Positions 1-14,180 of a stretch of 64,000 nucleotides of DNA are shown here, piece after piece. This DNA comes from the human T2T-CHM13v2.0 reference genome, Homo sapiens. The notes under the pieces are model-generated. The model did not search any database. It worked only from the letters and a program-made list of their open reading frames with translations, and was not told the DNA's origin. Positions within the stretch are counted from its first letter, which is position 1. Each line of letters begins with the position of its first letter. The stretch is taken from assembly GCF_009914755.1 (NCBI RefSeq), contig NC_060929.1, one strand, 5' to 3'. A program made the position numbers and the translations under genes.

Positions 1-130
1 AGTATAGTAGCCACTATTTAGCATTTGATGTGTGCTTAGACGAAGGAACTGAATTTTATAATTTATATCATTTTAATTGAAATTGAAATTTCCACGTATG
101 CACATGGCAGTCTTTATAGATCAGTGCAAT
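1..130. mobile_element. MER3-like hAT-Charlie DNA transposon fragment
   Basis: gtagccact...gaggaactgaatttt...attttaatt pattern resembles the recalled MER3 consensus. Confidence 0.55.
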
Positions 131-279
131 TCTAGAAGAACGTGGTATAGGAGATGCTGTTGTGGCCATCTTTAGAAAATACAATTTATGATACTGTTCT
201 AAAAAATGTGTTCGTTATTTCCCACCACGAGGAATGTCTCCTGCCTTAGGAGCCAGCTTGCCTCTGTCCTCCTTAACTG

Positions 280-630
280 GAAAGTCATAAACTGGTAGCT
301 CAAGCAATATCCAGTCTGAAGATATATCTTGTTTTGTCCATATAGTGATGATCATCATTCTCAGTGAATATATAAAAGACACTTTTGAAACAGTTTTTTA
401 TGTACTCAGCATGGCCAGGATGGACAGGACTAGAGAATTACAGGCCTTGTAAATGATTTCAGACTTTCTTGGTAAAAATGTAATTATATCGTTCATCTGT
501 CCAGATGTTACAGACTCAGATGTCTTCATAGAACCAGGAGACTGTGGTGAACAGGACAACTCTTAGCCACCAAAAGGGGGCAGTGACTACCCAGCCCTAG
601 TTAGTTGTTATCACAGGATAATGTGCTATT
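280..630. mobile_element. Old hAT (MER102-like) fragments
   Basis: gactgtggtgaac...aaagggggcag..actacccagcc..ttgtt resembles the recalled MER102 consensus. Confidence 0.4.
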
Positions 631-1008
631 GGATTTTAATTAATAACATATCCAGGATTAAATCTAAACTGCAGTACTGGTCTACTGATTTATATGCTAA
701 TGTTATTGGGATTATTTCCTTCTAATAATTACCTGTTTTACAATTAATATAGAAATTAATTTCCTTTAGATATCTACAACTAGATTTTGTGTTGAAAGAA
801 TGGAAATTGATTTTATTCCAAGATACATTTTTCATTTATAGTAATAACAATATTATATCAAAGTTTGTTAACTTTCCCCCAAATTTGCAAAAACTGGGGC
901 ATCATCCTAGACTCCTTCTCTCACCCATTTTGCCTTTTTAAACATTGCCACTGGCTAATGTGTATCCCTCATTATTTTTGGCCTCAATTACTGCAGTTGC
1001 CCTCCTGA

Positions 1009-1374
<366 letters not shown>

Positions 1375-2225
1375 CCTTTGTGCCATTCTATTTGGTAAAA
1401 GTCCCTCAGTGATTCCTTATTGCTTTTAGAATAGATTCCATAATTTAGTATATTGTTACTCTCCCTCTCCAGCAGTCTGTTGCCACACCCCACACATGCT
1501 TTTCCTTTTGCTTCATATGACCTTTCACCCCCACCCCATATCCTGCGATTCTTGCATATTTTTGCAAAGAACTTCGAAACTTGCTCTGAACTTCTTCAAT
1601 CTGGTTTTAGGCTCCTCACCTTTTTTTCCTCATAACACTTGTATAAATCAATTATTAGAGCACTCTGTTAAACCACTGTTCTGTGATTATCACCTTACTT
1701 GTCTGCCCCCAATGTTAGACTGTAGCTTCTTGAAATAGTCTTTCCTCGTTTGTATTGTTGCACTCTTTGCTTGACTTAACTCTTAAGCTTAACACTAGAG
1801 ACCCAAATTTAGTTTTTGACTTTTATTTATAAATATTTTAACTGTCAGTAAAGATTATAATAGTTCATGGCTTTATTCTTTTTTAAAGACTTTGCAAAAA
1901 ATAAAGGCAAAGTTTACTTTTTTAATAATACAGTACAGTTATTGTATGGGTCAATTGAACCCTGATTATAGAAGTCTAGAAACATCATCTTTGTAGTGTT
2001 TCTTTTTTAGCTTGAATTGAACACAGTTGCAAATTCAGAATTTTTCATTTTCCACCCAAGAAGAAAAATAAGTGAAGATATTTTGCAGTTATTACTCAAA
2101 TCAGAAGATAAACACAAAGGGACAAAAAGCACTGTAGTCAAAGTGATAATGGTGAGATTGATTATATAAGCAAAGTCTCAGACCCTAGGTAAATTCTCAG
2201 ACATAATAACTAGTGCATGAACAAT

Positions 2226-2229
2226 ATTT

Positions 2230-2260
<31 letters not shown>

Positions 2261-2535
2261 TTTTGAGACAAGGTCTAGCTCTGTCACCCAGGCTGGAATG
2301 CAGTGGCAAGATCATGGCTCAGTGCAGTCTTGACCTCCTGGGCTTAAGTGATCCTCCCACCTCAGCCTCCTGAGTAGCTGGGACTACAGGCGTGTGCCAC
2401 CACGCTCAACTTATTTTTGTATTGCTTTGTAGAGACAGGGTTTTTCCATGTTGCTAGGCTAGTCTTGAACTCCTGGGCTCAAGAGATCTACCTGTTTCAG
2501 CTTCCCAAATGAGCCAGGAGCCACTGTGCTCTGCT
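2226..2535 (-). mobile_element. AluJ inside the piggyBac fossil
   Basis: (TTTA)n tail, TSD tgaacaatat. Confidence 0.9.
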
Positions 2536-3227
2536 GAACAATATATTTCTAGGGATATATATATATATGAGATTATTATTCATGTAATCATTCAACAGAA
2601 AGGGCCTAGTTATGTAACGTCTATGATAAGAACCTGGACCATCTCATTTTGCTAAAAGGACTTGTAATAATAGTCTTTCATCTTTTATTATTTGTGCACC
2701 AAAGTTTCCTTATATGGTCCACAAGTGGTCAAATACACAGTTGTGTATATAAGGAAATTGGAAAGAGATGATGAAGAAATTTTTTAAAACCTGTTGAATT
2801 GATCATTCTAATCTTTGTAATAATAAATATATTGTCCTTATAAGTCTGTATATGAAAATGTTTCACAATTATGGAGCAAAGAAGATGACCTTCCTCTCAA
2901 CAAAATCAAGTTGTCAGTTTAAAAAACTGTATTTTGATGATGCAAAAGAGGAATCAAAAGTAATAAGCTAGAACTTAAAAGAGATGTAAATCTGGACTTG
3001 TACATTTTGACAGTGCAAGTGCAAGAAGAAACAGACGTAGTGATGAGCTAGTACCTACCTGTTAGAGATGTACTTGAAATCTAGAATTGTATTTCCTAGA
3101 TGGATATTTTTCAGATTTGTGGATGACAATTGGTGAGCAGCAGTTTGTTGCATTTAAAGGCTCTTGCCCATCTTGGTTATATACACTTTCAGCCTTTGGA
3201 AAATATGAATTAAAATGTGAGTCTTCT

Positions 3228-3391
3228 GGCCAGGTGTAGTGTCTCACACCTGTAATCCCAGCATTTGGGGAGACCGAGGTGGGAGGACTACTTGAGCTCA
3301 GGAGTTCTAGACCAGCCTGGACAACATAGCAAGACCCCATCTCTACTATAATATAAAAACTTTAAAAAATTAAAACATAAAAATAAAAAAA
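3228..3391 (+). mobile_element. Alu monomer (FLAM-like) inside the piggyBac fossil
   Basis: Single left arm + A-rich tail, TSD aaaatgtg(a/g)(g/t)tcttct. Confidence 0.85.
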
Positions 3392-3824
3392 TGTGGTTCT
3401 TCTTATGAGTACATTCTAATTAAGATTTCTAATAAAATTGTTTTTCATTATCTTTATTCTACAGATTATTTGTAAAATAACTGAAAAATAATTAAAAGAG
3501 TCCTTTGGCCCTAGAAAATAAATGACAGTGATGATTTTTCCTAGCATACTAAAGGTTAAGAAATTGTTCTTATTTCACGAATGTGTGCATTTTGATATTT
3601 GGAATCTTTATGTGAAATCCCCATTTTACATTGATTATATAATATATTGGTAATTATTAAAGATCTACTATGTCCTTAAATAAATCATTGTCATTCCTCA
3701 TTGATTACTCCTTAAGGTCAAATAATATATTTTATTAAAAACTACACGTTAAGGGCATATGTGTGTGCATGTGTGTCTTTATATTCTGACATTTTAAATT
3801 TATTCTTTTGTTTTGCCATTGTAG

Positions 3825-3930
3825 TGCTGATGAGCTCCTTCTAACTGAGATGATGTTTAATGGCCTTTTCAATGACCTTTCTGCAGAACAGGCAACAGCA
3901 TTATTAAGCTGCTTTGTGTTTCAAGAGAAT
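3825..3930 (+). CDS. MTREX: MTREX coding exon (5th from last)
   Basis: Pyrimidine tract + TAG acceptor (AG 3823-3824), GTAAGT donor at 3931. Translates (S)[35 protein letters not shown], the MTR4/Ski2-like C-terminal region. Confidence 0.97.
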
Positions 3931-4755
3931 GTAAGTTAATTGATTCAGCACATCTTATTTATTAATTCACACATCATGTAGTTAATAGTGTTATGGCTAT
4001 ATTATCAAATATTACTAATATTTACATATTATAAGGTAATGTTAATTGGAAATCACAGCAACTTTAACACAAATGTACTAAGAAAATTAAATGATTAAAT
4101 ACGTATTATTAGAAAGGAGAATAAAATAAGATTTGTTAACAATCACCATTAATTAGATTTTAAGTTTTAAATTTGTTCTGTAACCCAATTCATTGAACAT
4201 TTGGCCAAGTCCTAGACAGTCCTAGAAATAAAAAGATGAGTGAGAAGAAAACTAGGAAAGTCTGATAAAAATAAAAGGGGGAAGTGAGGTTGAATTAACT
4301 CTCCTCCCCGGTGTTGAAGAATAATGACGAAGCAGTCCATCCTGCTAGGAACTGAAACATTAGTTTTCATGGGCACGGTTTGAGGTAGTGAATATAAGAT
4401 CCTTGTTGGTTTGGCAGCAGTTTTTTTCATATGAGTAATTAGTTCACTTTCAACAGTTCTTAAGAAATCAAAAAATGAAGTGCTGGATGGAACACATAAG
4501 AACACTAATTATCCTTGTACTGCATTCCAAAAACCAGTTTGATTCATTTTTAAAAGTAAGATATATTGTTTTGCATTTCAAATTTAAGACTTTATTTATT
4601 GTAGATGAAGTGGATAGAATGAGAATAAGACAAGGACATCTGCCTTCTAAAAATAATTTAATATTCTAAATTTTTGGAGGACCTTTTACTATACATACTT
4701 AGTTTAACTTTTAAGTAAATTGTGTAGAACAAATTGTTTAGTTTTTTTTTAAGTT

Positions 4756-5407
4756 CCACAGCTCTTAAATCTTGGGGCAAGATGTCCGTATATGCAGTTA
4801 AGATGTATTCAGTGAAACCACACTTAATTGGTCTGTTTACCTGTTAACTGTTTCCCTATTTATTAATCAGATCAAATATATTACTTCTTGAAGTAGATGG
4901 GTACTTTTCTCAGGTCCCTGATTACTGATTAGAATCACAGCTGTTAGTGGCAATGATAACAAATAGGACAATAATCCAAAAACAGTTTATGCTTTCCTGG
5001 GATTGCCTACCATGCATCTATGAAATATGCATACAAAAGGAATGCATTACTTTACAAAATATTGTGTTTGTTTTTCCTTAGGCTCAAAATTTTATTATAT
5101 CAATTTCCAAGATAAAGATAATTAAGAACATTTGTCAAACTTACTTGGAATAGGAAGGTTCAGAGATGTAGGTTTGTAAATAGTTTGGGGATAAGTGGTC
5201 TTCCACCCATGTCAAATTTTGTCTTACTTTTCATTATTTGCATGTTCTTGTTGTTTTATATTTTGGCACTATTACAATAGTTCCTTTTTCTGAGAAGCCA
5301 ATTATATTCCCTCTTCAAAGGAGTTGGTTAAGCTAAACCACAGCTCTTAAATCTTGGGGCAAGATGTCAATATATACAGTTAAGATTTATTCAGTGAAAC
5401 CACACTT
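4756..5407 (+). repeat. 70-bp spaced direct repeat (4756-4825 and 5338-5407)
   Basis: ccacagctcttaaatcttggggcaagatgtc...ttcagtgaaaccacactt occurs twice, 66/70 identical by manual alignment. Confidence 0.92.
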
Positions 5408-5689
5408 TTTTATATACAGTGTCATCAATTCTTGTGGTGGCGCCTTTTAACATTGAGATGGAAGATTGTACTGATTGTCATGTGGATTTTTCTTGATGCT
5501 TTTAACAGAATGTTTTCTGCCAAAAAGAACATTGTCTTCTAGTAAATATAGTAAAATACTTGTTATAAGTAAGATGAAATTTGCTTGATATAATAACTTC
5601 TATTTTAAAATGTATTTATAAAACTGTCTCTACATTTTAAAAATAATATTTAAAAGGTTATGTAAATCTTTATAATATAAAGATCAAGT

Positions 5690-6000
5690 GCATACAAAAA
5701 TTTATTAAGCACCCAATGTGGGCAGTGTACAGATCTAAGCACCAGAGATGCAGCAGAAATGTTTGCTTTCCTGATACTTACATGTTAGTGGATGAAGATA
5801 AAGAAATACAGTACACATACATTCTGTCAAATAGGGGTGAAGGTTTTTGGAGAAAAGTGAGAAGAATCAAAGATCACTGGGGAGATGGTGTTACTATTTT
5901 AAATAAGATGATTAGAAAAGGCCTCACTAATGACGTGAAACTTATATTGAGGCCTATAGGAGTGATGAGGGAACAAACTGTACATACCTGGTGGGAGAAC
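5690..6000. mobile_element. L2 LINE fragment
   Basis: tttattaagcaccc..tgtg and aaaggcctcactaatgacgtga patterns typical of L2 3' ends. Confidence 0.5.
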
Positions 6001-6359
6001 ATTGTTAAAATCACAATTAACCTCCTCATATCAGGACTGGTGCCTTCCACCTATAGTGAATAGCAGAGAGGAATGTGATGAGTAGCTGTTGACCATGAAT
6101 AGACATAATATCAAAGACATTTCGCAGTCTTGGGTTCTTTATTAAACTGAGATGTTAAGGTCATTCTGGCTATTTTGCTTTTTTGCCATTCATCAATAAT
6201 TTTTGGTTTTAGCAGCAATAATATGGAATCTGGTTCTTGATTTATTATACATATATACATGTTGCAAATCAAAATCAAGTCCTTTATAAGTACTGGTGCT
6301 TAAAATAAAGGCAGATATGTCGCAACTAGCCTACAATTGCTTTAAAAAAAAAAAATTAG

Positions 6360-6717
<358 letters not shown>

Positions 6718-7486
6718 TTATTTTTGTACAGTAACTACCTTTGTCAAAAATTTCTTCACAAATAATGTCTGTTATTCTCATCATAAGCCTACTCATTTTG
6801 AGGATCTGGTTTTATTTTTCTTTGACAGGGCAGAAAACCAGTACACAGAATTTAAGCAGCTTGTCCAACTTAATTTGGCTACTTAGTGTACACCTGAAAC
6901 TCCATTATCTAATTCAGAAATTGACAGAATTTTCAGCTGTGGGAAAGCAATACTAAGAATACTGAAACTCAGATTAAACTTTTAGCTGTCTTATACTTTG
7001 TTAGAACATCTGGGTAAAATAAAAATTAGGGACACTATTTTTAACGTACTTTATCCTGAGTTTTCAGTTTCAAACTTTTCAGTTTCTACAGATTGAAAGT
7101 TGCCTAGAAACTAAAACTGTTTCAAAGTTAAACTATGATAAAACCCTTTAATGTTGATGTAACTAAACTACTGTGTATGTTTACAATATTTACCCTCCCT
7201 CAGTTCCATATGTAATCACAAAAAGGAGCTAGTTAGCACACTTTGCAAATTTAGCGGTGTATTTTCCTCTGAAATGTAATAACAGAATATTATAATTTGG
7301 GATGAGAGGAATAGTGATTTTGCCTGTGTAAACTGAATTGATTAGAAACTCTAAATGCTGATGACTAAGGTCTTATAATTTGATATGTGACTATCTTACA
7401 AGCTTTAATTTGTTAAAACAGGTAGTGTGAAAAACCAGTAACTTTAAACGTGGGTTTTTATATCTTGTTTTCCTTTTCTTTTATAG

Positions 7487-7543
7487 TCTAGTGAGATGCC
7501 CAAATTAACAGAACAATTAGCAGGACCACTTCGTCAAATGCAG
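7487..7543 (+). CDS. MTREX: MTREX coding exon (57 nt, phase 0/0)
   Basis: ttttcttttatag acceptor, CAG/GTAAGG donor. SSEMPKLTEQLAGPLRQMQ, in frame with flanking exons. Confidence 0.97.
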
Positions 7544-7948
7544 GTAAGGTTTTTTTTTTTTTTTTTTGAACTACATATTTTATGAATAGTAGATTGTAAA
7601 ATAAACATTTTTGATAATCTAATCATAGTAGTTTATCATTTCACAGAGATAACCTATAAGGATTAAATGTTACTTGATGTCAGTCATGTAATTTAATGTT
7701 ACTCTGATAACATCTCTTGTGATTTTTACTTTAATAATTAAACAGTATTTCTTCCCATTATTGTAATGAACTGTATAGCATTGTTGTGAACAGAGATTAA
7801 AAGCTTCATAATGTAAATAGGCTGTATTGACAGCTCAGTGCATGTGTCATTTTCTTCCTCAGTACTGATAATGGTATCTTGAAGGACTAGGATTTAGTTT
7901 ATTTTTAATTTTTTGCACATTTTTTCATTCTGGTTTATAACAAAGTTT

Positions 7949-8267
<319 letters not shown>

Positions 8268-8454
8268 TAAAATCTGTTTTATCATAAGAAATTGTCTCTG
8301 GATCCTCAAAGCCACAGTAGTTTATAGTAATAAATTTCTCTCTTACTATTTTCATAGGATAAGCCGATTTTTTCTGTCTGTTCAACATTAGACAAAGACA
8401 AGGAAAGATGAGCTAAGGAATTACAAGAGAGGAACAAAAAAATGTGTCATAAAA

Positions 8455-8670
8455 GGGCCCCTTCAGAACAACAGACACTGGTGCCTACTTGAGGGAGGAG
8501 AGTGGGAGGAAGGAGAGGTTGAGGAAGAAAAAAGAAAAAAAAAACCTGTGGCATATTATACTTAGTACTCAGCTGACTAAATAATCTATATACCAAACCC
8601 CTGAGTCACAAGTTTACCTAGATAAGAAACCTGTACATGAACCCCTGAGCCTAAAATAAAAGTTAAAATA
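8455..8670 (+). mobile_element. L1PA15/16-like 3' end
   Basis: acagacactgg..cctacttgaggg...aaacctgtacatgaacccctgagcctaaaataaaagttaaaa. Confidence 0.8.
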
Positions 8671-9274
8671 TTTTTAAAATAATAATTCAAAAAATTCTGA
8701 TTAAAATTAAAAGGCCAGTTCAGTGGAACATGTAACATGCCTTAAAATCACTAAGAAATTTAAATTTCTAGAACCAGCAAAGTCTTCATAGGCCTAGGAG
8801 TTTTTGGCCTTTTAGATTGCCAAGTAAAGAAGAATGAAGTTTCTCAACTTAGAGGAAAACAATATGAAGATATGTACATTTTTAAGCATTGTTGTGGAAA
8901 AATGTATTTTGCTCTAGGATTTGTATTTCTCTAAATCTGTTTTGTAATGAAATAATTAGAGATTAGTTAAATGCTGCTCTTGAATAATTTTAATGAAGAG
9001 TTCTGTTTCTTTGTTGAAAAGGTATCACTGGCTGAAAAGCATGCTCTTGATACATTTTTCTTAGTTAACTACCTCAACATAATGGGAAAGATTGGCCGTT
9101 TAATCACTTAGCAATGGAACAGGCACTGTGCCTACTTAGGAGCAGAATGTCCACATTGCAGACATAATACCTAGGAAGAAAAAGGGACCTCCTGGAATAC
9201 TGGCTTGGAAACCTAAAGAATAAAGTGATATGGGAGATCATAAGTAAGGAATTTTAACTCTTTTATCTTTAAAG

Positions 9275-9437
9275 GAATGTGCTAAAAGAATTGCAAAAGT
9301 TTCAGCAGAAGCCAAATTGGAAATTGATGAGGAAACTTATCTAAGCTCATTTAAACCTCACTTAATGGATGTAGTATATACCTGGGCAACTGGAGCTACA
9401 TTTGCCCATATCTGCAAAATGACAGATGTCTTTGAAG
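9275..9437 (+). CDS. MTREX: MTREX coding exon (163 nt)
   Basis: ttttatctttaaag acceptor, G/GTATGG donor. ECAKRIAKVSAEAKLEIDEETYLSSFKPHLMDVVYTWATGATFAHICKMTDVFE(G). Confidence 0.97.
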
Positions 9438-10549
9438 GTATGGTTAAATTTTACACATATATATTTACAGTATAAGAAATACAGTTAGGATGGTATTGTT
9501 TTAATTAAACAAGTATAATATGTATTTTTAATATTTGGTAACTAAATGAAATCTTCTCCCTATTATATAGATTAAAAAATATTCTCCACAAATTCTTTGT
9601 ATTATTTAATAAGCATAGTCTGTTCATTAGAAAGTCCTTTAGAAACTATTTTAAACTGTATAATTCTGTGCAGTTGTAATTCTATGAGTTTCTACAGTCA
9701 CAAGCAGATGACCCTAAGAAGTCATATTTATGTGGGTATTTTTCCTTTTCACTTTTGTTCTCCTGGTGAGCTATATAATTCCACTAAAAATAGCAGAGCT
9801 GAAAATGATCAGTCATTGCATATGTAATTGACTTGGCTTTAGTCAGACTGTTATTGCAGCATGAATCAGATTAAATTTAATGAGCAGGATTTTAAGAGAC
9901 TGAAGAATAATTGTTACTCAACTGAAGAGAAATTTTAAATGAAAAAATTAAGGCAAAAGAAATATAAGGACTAAGTGAATAATAAGAAGCAAAAAAATAA
10001 GTAGACTGTTTAAACGAAACCATATTTTAAAATGCTGCATTCAGTAGGAAAAGATTGGCTTGTGTGTTTATAAATGGCCAGTTGTATTTACTGAATGAGA
10101 TAATTTACATTGAACTTTCCTAAAAATGAAAATAAATGAGTTTGTTCTGTATAGAGATTATAATAAGAACTGCTACTATTGCTTATAGGTTTAGTTTGAG
10201 AAAAATTACATGTTTAACATGCCAAATATTATAGGCCTTTCAACTGATATTATTAAAGAAGTAATAGATTACTGATTTTATGAATCAGTTATTTTTATGA
10301 TGCATAGGTTAAACTTCTCTGCAACAGAATATTAAAAACTTAAACTGAGGGCCTTTACTACATTGAACTTTATGGGTTTTAAGGTTTTTAATGTTAAAGT
10401 TTATAGCACATTTTTAAATTATGGTGTTGTATCTTACATATTTTTTCTAAGGTTTATAAACTTCTCAGCCTCCTCTAAATGATCATTTAGTCAAACAGTC
10501 CCAAAGCATCCTTTGAATTCTGTATTCTGTTACTGGGAAAGTCATTGCC

Positions 10550-10750
10550 CAGTAAGTACTATATGCCGAACACTGTGCTAAGAGCTCTGTATAATTTACA
10601 TGTAATCACCAAATAGCAATTCAGGGTAGATATTATCTCCACTTTGCACAAGGAGACTATGGTAAACAGTTTGGCCAAGGTGATGTGAGGGCACGATGAT
10701 TTAAACTCTGGTCTCTGTAACTACATGTAAGTTCAGTTAAGCACCATACC
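10550..10750. mobile_element. MIR
   Basis: tattatctccactttgcaca..gagact...ccaaggt core. Confidence 0.55.
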
Positions 10751-11257
10751 ACCTTATCCTTAAATTTTGGATCACCTGAAAATTTCTTAAACCCTACACT
10801 AGACTATACCATCTCCATCCACAGAAAAGTCATGCTTGGAGTAATACTAAACAGGTCTTAATCCTAGATGATGTTTAGCAACATCTCTAATTAGTTAATG
10901 GTGTTTAGCCGAGTCAGTGAGAAGAGGGATGTTGCGTACTCACTGATGAAAATTGCTTAAAACAGGAGCACAGGTTGGTGTATGACAATTGTGTTTCAGC
11001 AGCACTAGGGCGATCACATAGAGCACCACCAGTCTTCAGTCTGACATCTTTTTGGAACATAAGGATGAAACTAGTAACTGTTCAATGCCTAATAATAAGA
11101 CTTGATAATACAATACTCATATTTGTATAATATCTGCTTCTCTGAAAAGTCAGAACACAATGACATAAAACAATAGTGGTACATGGCAGAGAGTAGCTTT
11201 TTTTTATTTTTTTATTTTTATTTTTATTTTTTATTTTTTTTAGAAAAGTAAAAAGCA

Positions 11258-11615
<358 letters not shown>

Positions 11616-12099
11616 TTAAATCTAGGAATTCATATAAAATTGTCTTTATGGATTATTTTTTCTGTTCTTTCTACCTAAGTAGAAGTTATCACAGTATGGA
11701 AGATAAATCCTAAACTGCCAAATTGAAGATGGTTTGTAGCTCATACTAGATGCCACCTATGAGTTGACTTTTTCCACAGCATACCAGCATTCCTGAAGTC
11801 TGTTCTGTCCTCTTTCAGTTACTCAGGGGCTATTTCTACATCACAGTTTGCTTGAAATTTCAGTTTGAAAATTTGAGAAATTCAGTTTTTTAGCTCTAAC
11901 TTGAAATTAGATCTAACATCTGCATAATTTTTATGTTTTTCTGGTGTGTGAGCCAGTAGATGAGCTTAAACCTTTCTAAAAATTGGGATATACTATGTAT
12001 TCGCCCTTAAAACTATTTTTTGATTTAAGTAGCAAAAAATGAGAACCTTCATTTTCTTAGGATAGTATTTCTCTCTTTTGTTTTTACAGTGTTACATAG

Positions 12100-12450
<351 letters not shown>

Positions 12451-13709
12451 TACACATGTTTTATGATTGGAAAAATACTGTAATCAAAGCTGTAGCACAC
12501 AGTACAGTGTGTCTGTTTTTACAGGCAGACAATAATTGCATTGGAACTTTCTAATGTGCTGTGTGCAAACCATATTTGTTCCTAATAAGATTCTTAATTT
12601 TCTTTTCATATGAAAATAAAAGTGTCTGGTCATTTCATATCCTGAGCCTCAGAAGTAGTTTTAAGTATTCTTCAAACATTAACTGAGGCTAGTTAACACT
12701 GTAATGATTAAAACCATGTGTTTGGGGGATGTGTAATGCAAAAGAAAAGTTCATATTGTGATTCAGTTGAGAAATTTTGAAGACTAAGTATTTATTCTGT
12801 TATCACCCTGGAAAAAAAATGACAGAATTTAGCTGTTTTTTATTTCCATTAAACTAAATTTGAATGACAGTTTAAACAAACTATTTGTATGGGCTGATGC
12901 CTAGGGTTTTAGTCAAGTAATCCAGAGGCTGTTACTATTTATTTCTGACTCTACATAAACAATATTGTACTCTTAACTATGAAGGATGACAAAGGATTTG
13001 CTTTCCACTGAGCAAGTGTCATTAGGAAAGCTTCTATGATGAATTATCTCTTGAAACTATTTACTGTACCTCTGCCTGCCATATGCTTTTTATTTTTTTT
13101 CAGTCCTGCTCCCTCTGTATGCCACATGTTTTGAAAGCAAATACTGTGAATTGCATTCCTCAACTCTGTCCCCACCACACACATTCTCTCACATGCCTTT
13201 CAAGTAGCAGTTTAACCCTTTCTTAGCATCATCAGTGTCATGAGTGGTTTTCCAGTGGATTTGTCTTTTAAAAGTATTCTCGCTGATAATAATAGAGTAA
13301 CAATTTATTAGTAATTGTTTCTGTCTTTACATTTTGGCACAGTTTTAGTACCTGATACTTACTCGTTTAATGAATAATTCTGAGACCCTAGTGGGAATCA
13401 GGCACCATGCTAGTTACAGTGTGAGCAATAGTCTCTGCTCTCAAGAAAGGGTTCAGCCTAAGCTGGGGTTTAGCGGCAAGTAGTTGCAAGATACATGTGT
13501 GATTCTAACCTGAGGCCAGGCTGGATAGGAGTATTAAATTCGGGTCAGAGCATGAACTGTAGGAAACTGCTTTAGGGTATGCCAGAAAGCTGAAGGCAGA
13601 AGTTCTGTTCGGGAAAATCTGCTGCTTTCTCTCCTTAATGAGAATGATGCTGTTTTGTTCATCAACCGGGTAAGGCTGATGTTTATTAAAATGCTCTTAA
13701 ATAAAAGCA

Positions 13710-14180
13710 TATAGTCCCAAGTGTCCATCGATAGATGAATAAATTGTGGTATATATTAGGTTGGTGCCAAAGTAATTGTGGTTTTTGCCATTTTTAATGG
13801 CAAGGTGTTCCATTGTAATAAAGATTAAATGGAACAGCTTTCAGTTAGAAAAGACATACTGACTCATGCTACAATATGGACAAACCTTAAACACATTAAG
13901 TTGAAAGAAGGCAGACACAAAGGCCACATAGTGTATAATTTCACTTATATGAAATGTCCAGAGTAAGCAGATTCATAGAGACAAAGCATAGACGTGGTTG
14001 CCATGGGCTGGAGGGACAGGAAGACATGTAACTGCTTAATGGGAACAAGGTTTTTTGGGGGTGGTAAAAATGCTCTAAAATTAGATAATGATGATGGTTA
14101 CACAAGTCTGAATATACTAAAAACCACTCAGTTGTACACTTATTTAAAATAATTTTATGGTGTGTGAATTCTGTCTCCAT
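13710..14180 (+). mobile_element. Old L1M 3'UTR fragment
   Basis: tgtccatc..tagatgaataaattgtggtata...gaaatgtccagagtaagcagattcatagagaca...ggttgcca. Confidence 0.75.
13756..13803. mobile_element. MADE1 (Hsmar1 mariner MITE), partial
   Basis: TA + ttaggttggtgccaaagtaattgtggtttttgccatt, one TIR only. Confidence 0.8.

Larger units (their letters stand above)
1776..3559 (+). mobile_element. piggyBac-family DNA transposon fossil (Looper-like), interrupted by two Alus
   Basis: TTAA at 1776-1779 and 3556-3559. Near-palindrome GGGTCAATTGAACCC at 1948-1962. Broken transposase frames YKSVYENVSQLWSKED (from 2839) and MTIGEQQFVAFKGSCPSWLYTLSAFGKYELK (3123-3215) resemble piggyBac TIDEQLxxFxGRCPFxxYIPxKPxKYGIK. 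Confidence 0.8.

Noticed and set aside
5526-5540. Androgen/glucocorticoid-response-like AGAACAttgTCTTCT
   Set aside because: The mismatch hits the critical G of the second half-site, and the site is far from the PLPP1 promoter.
10914-11048. Possible C/D snoRNA (TGATGA 10944, CTGA 11041), 8-bp hairpin and RE1/CTCF-like sequence near 10995
   Set aside because: The C box lacks the 5' purine, there is no adjacent terminal stem, and the motif matches are poor.
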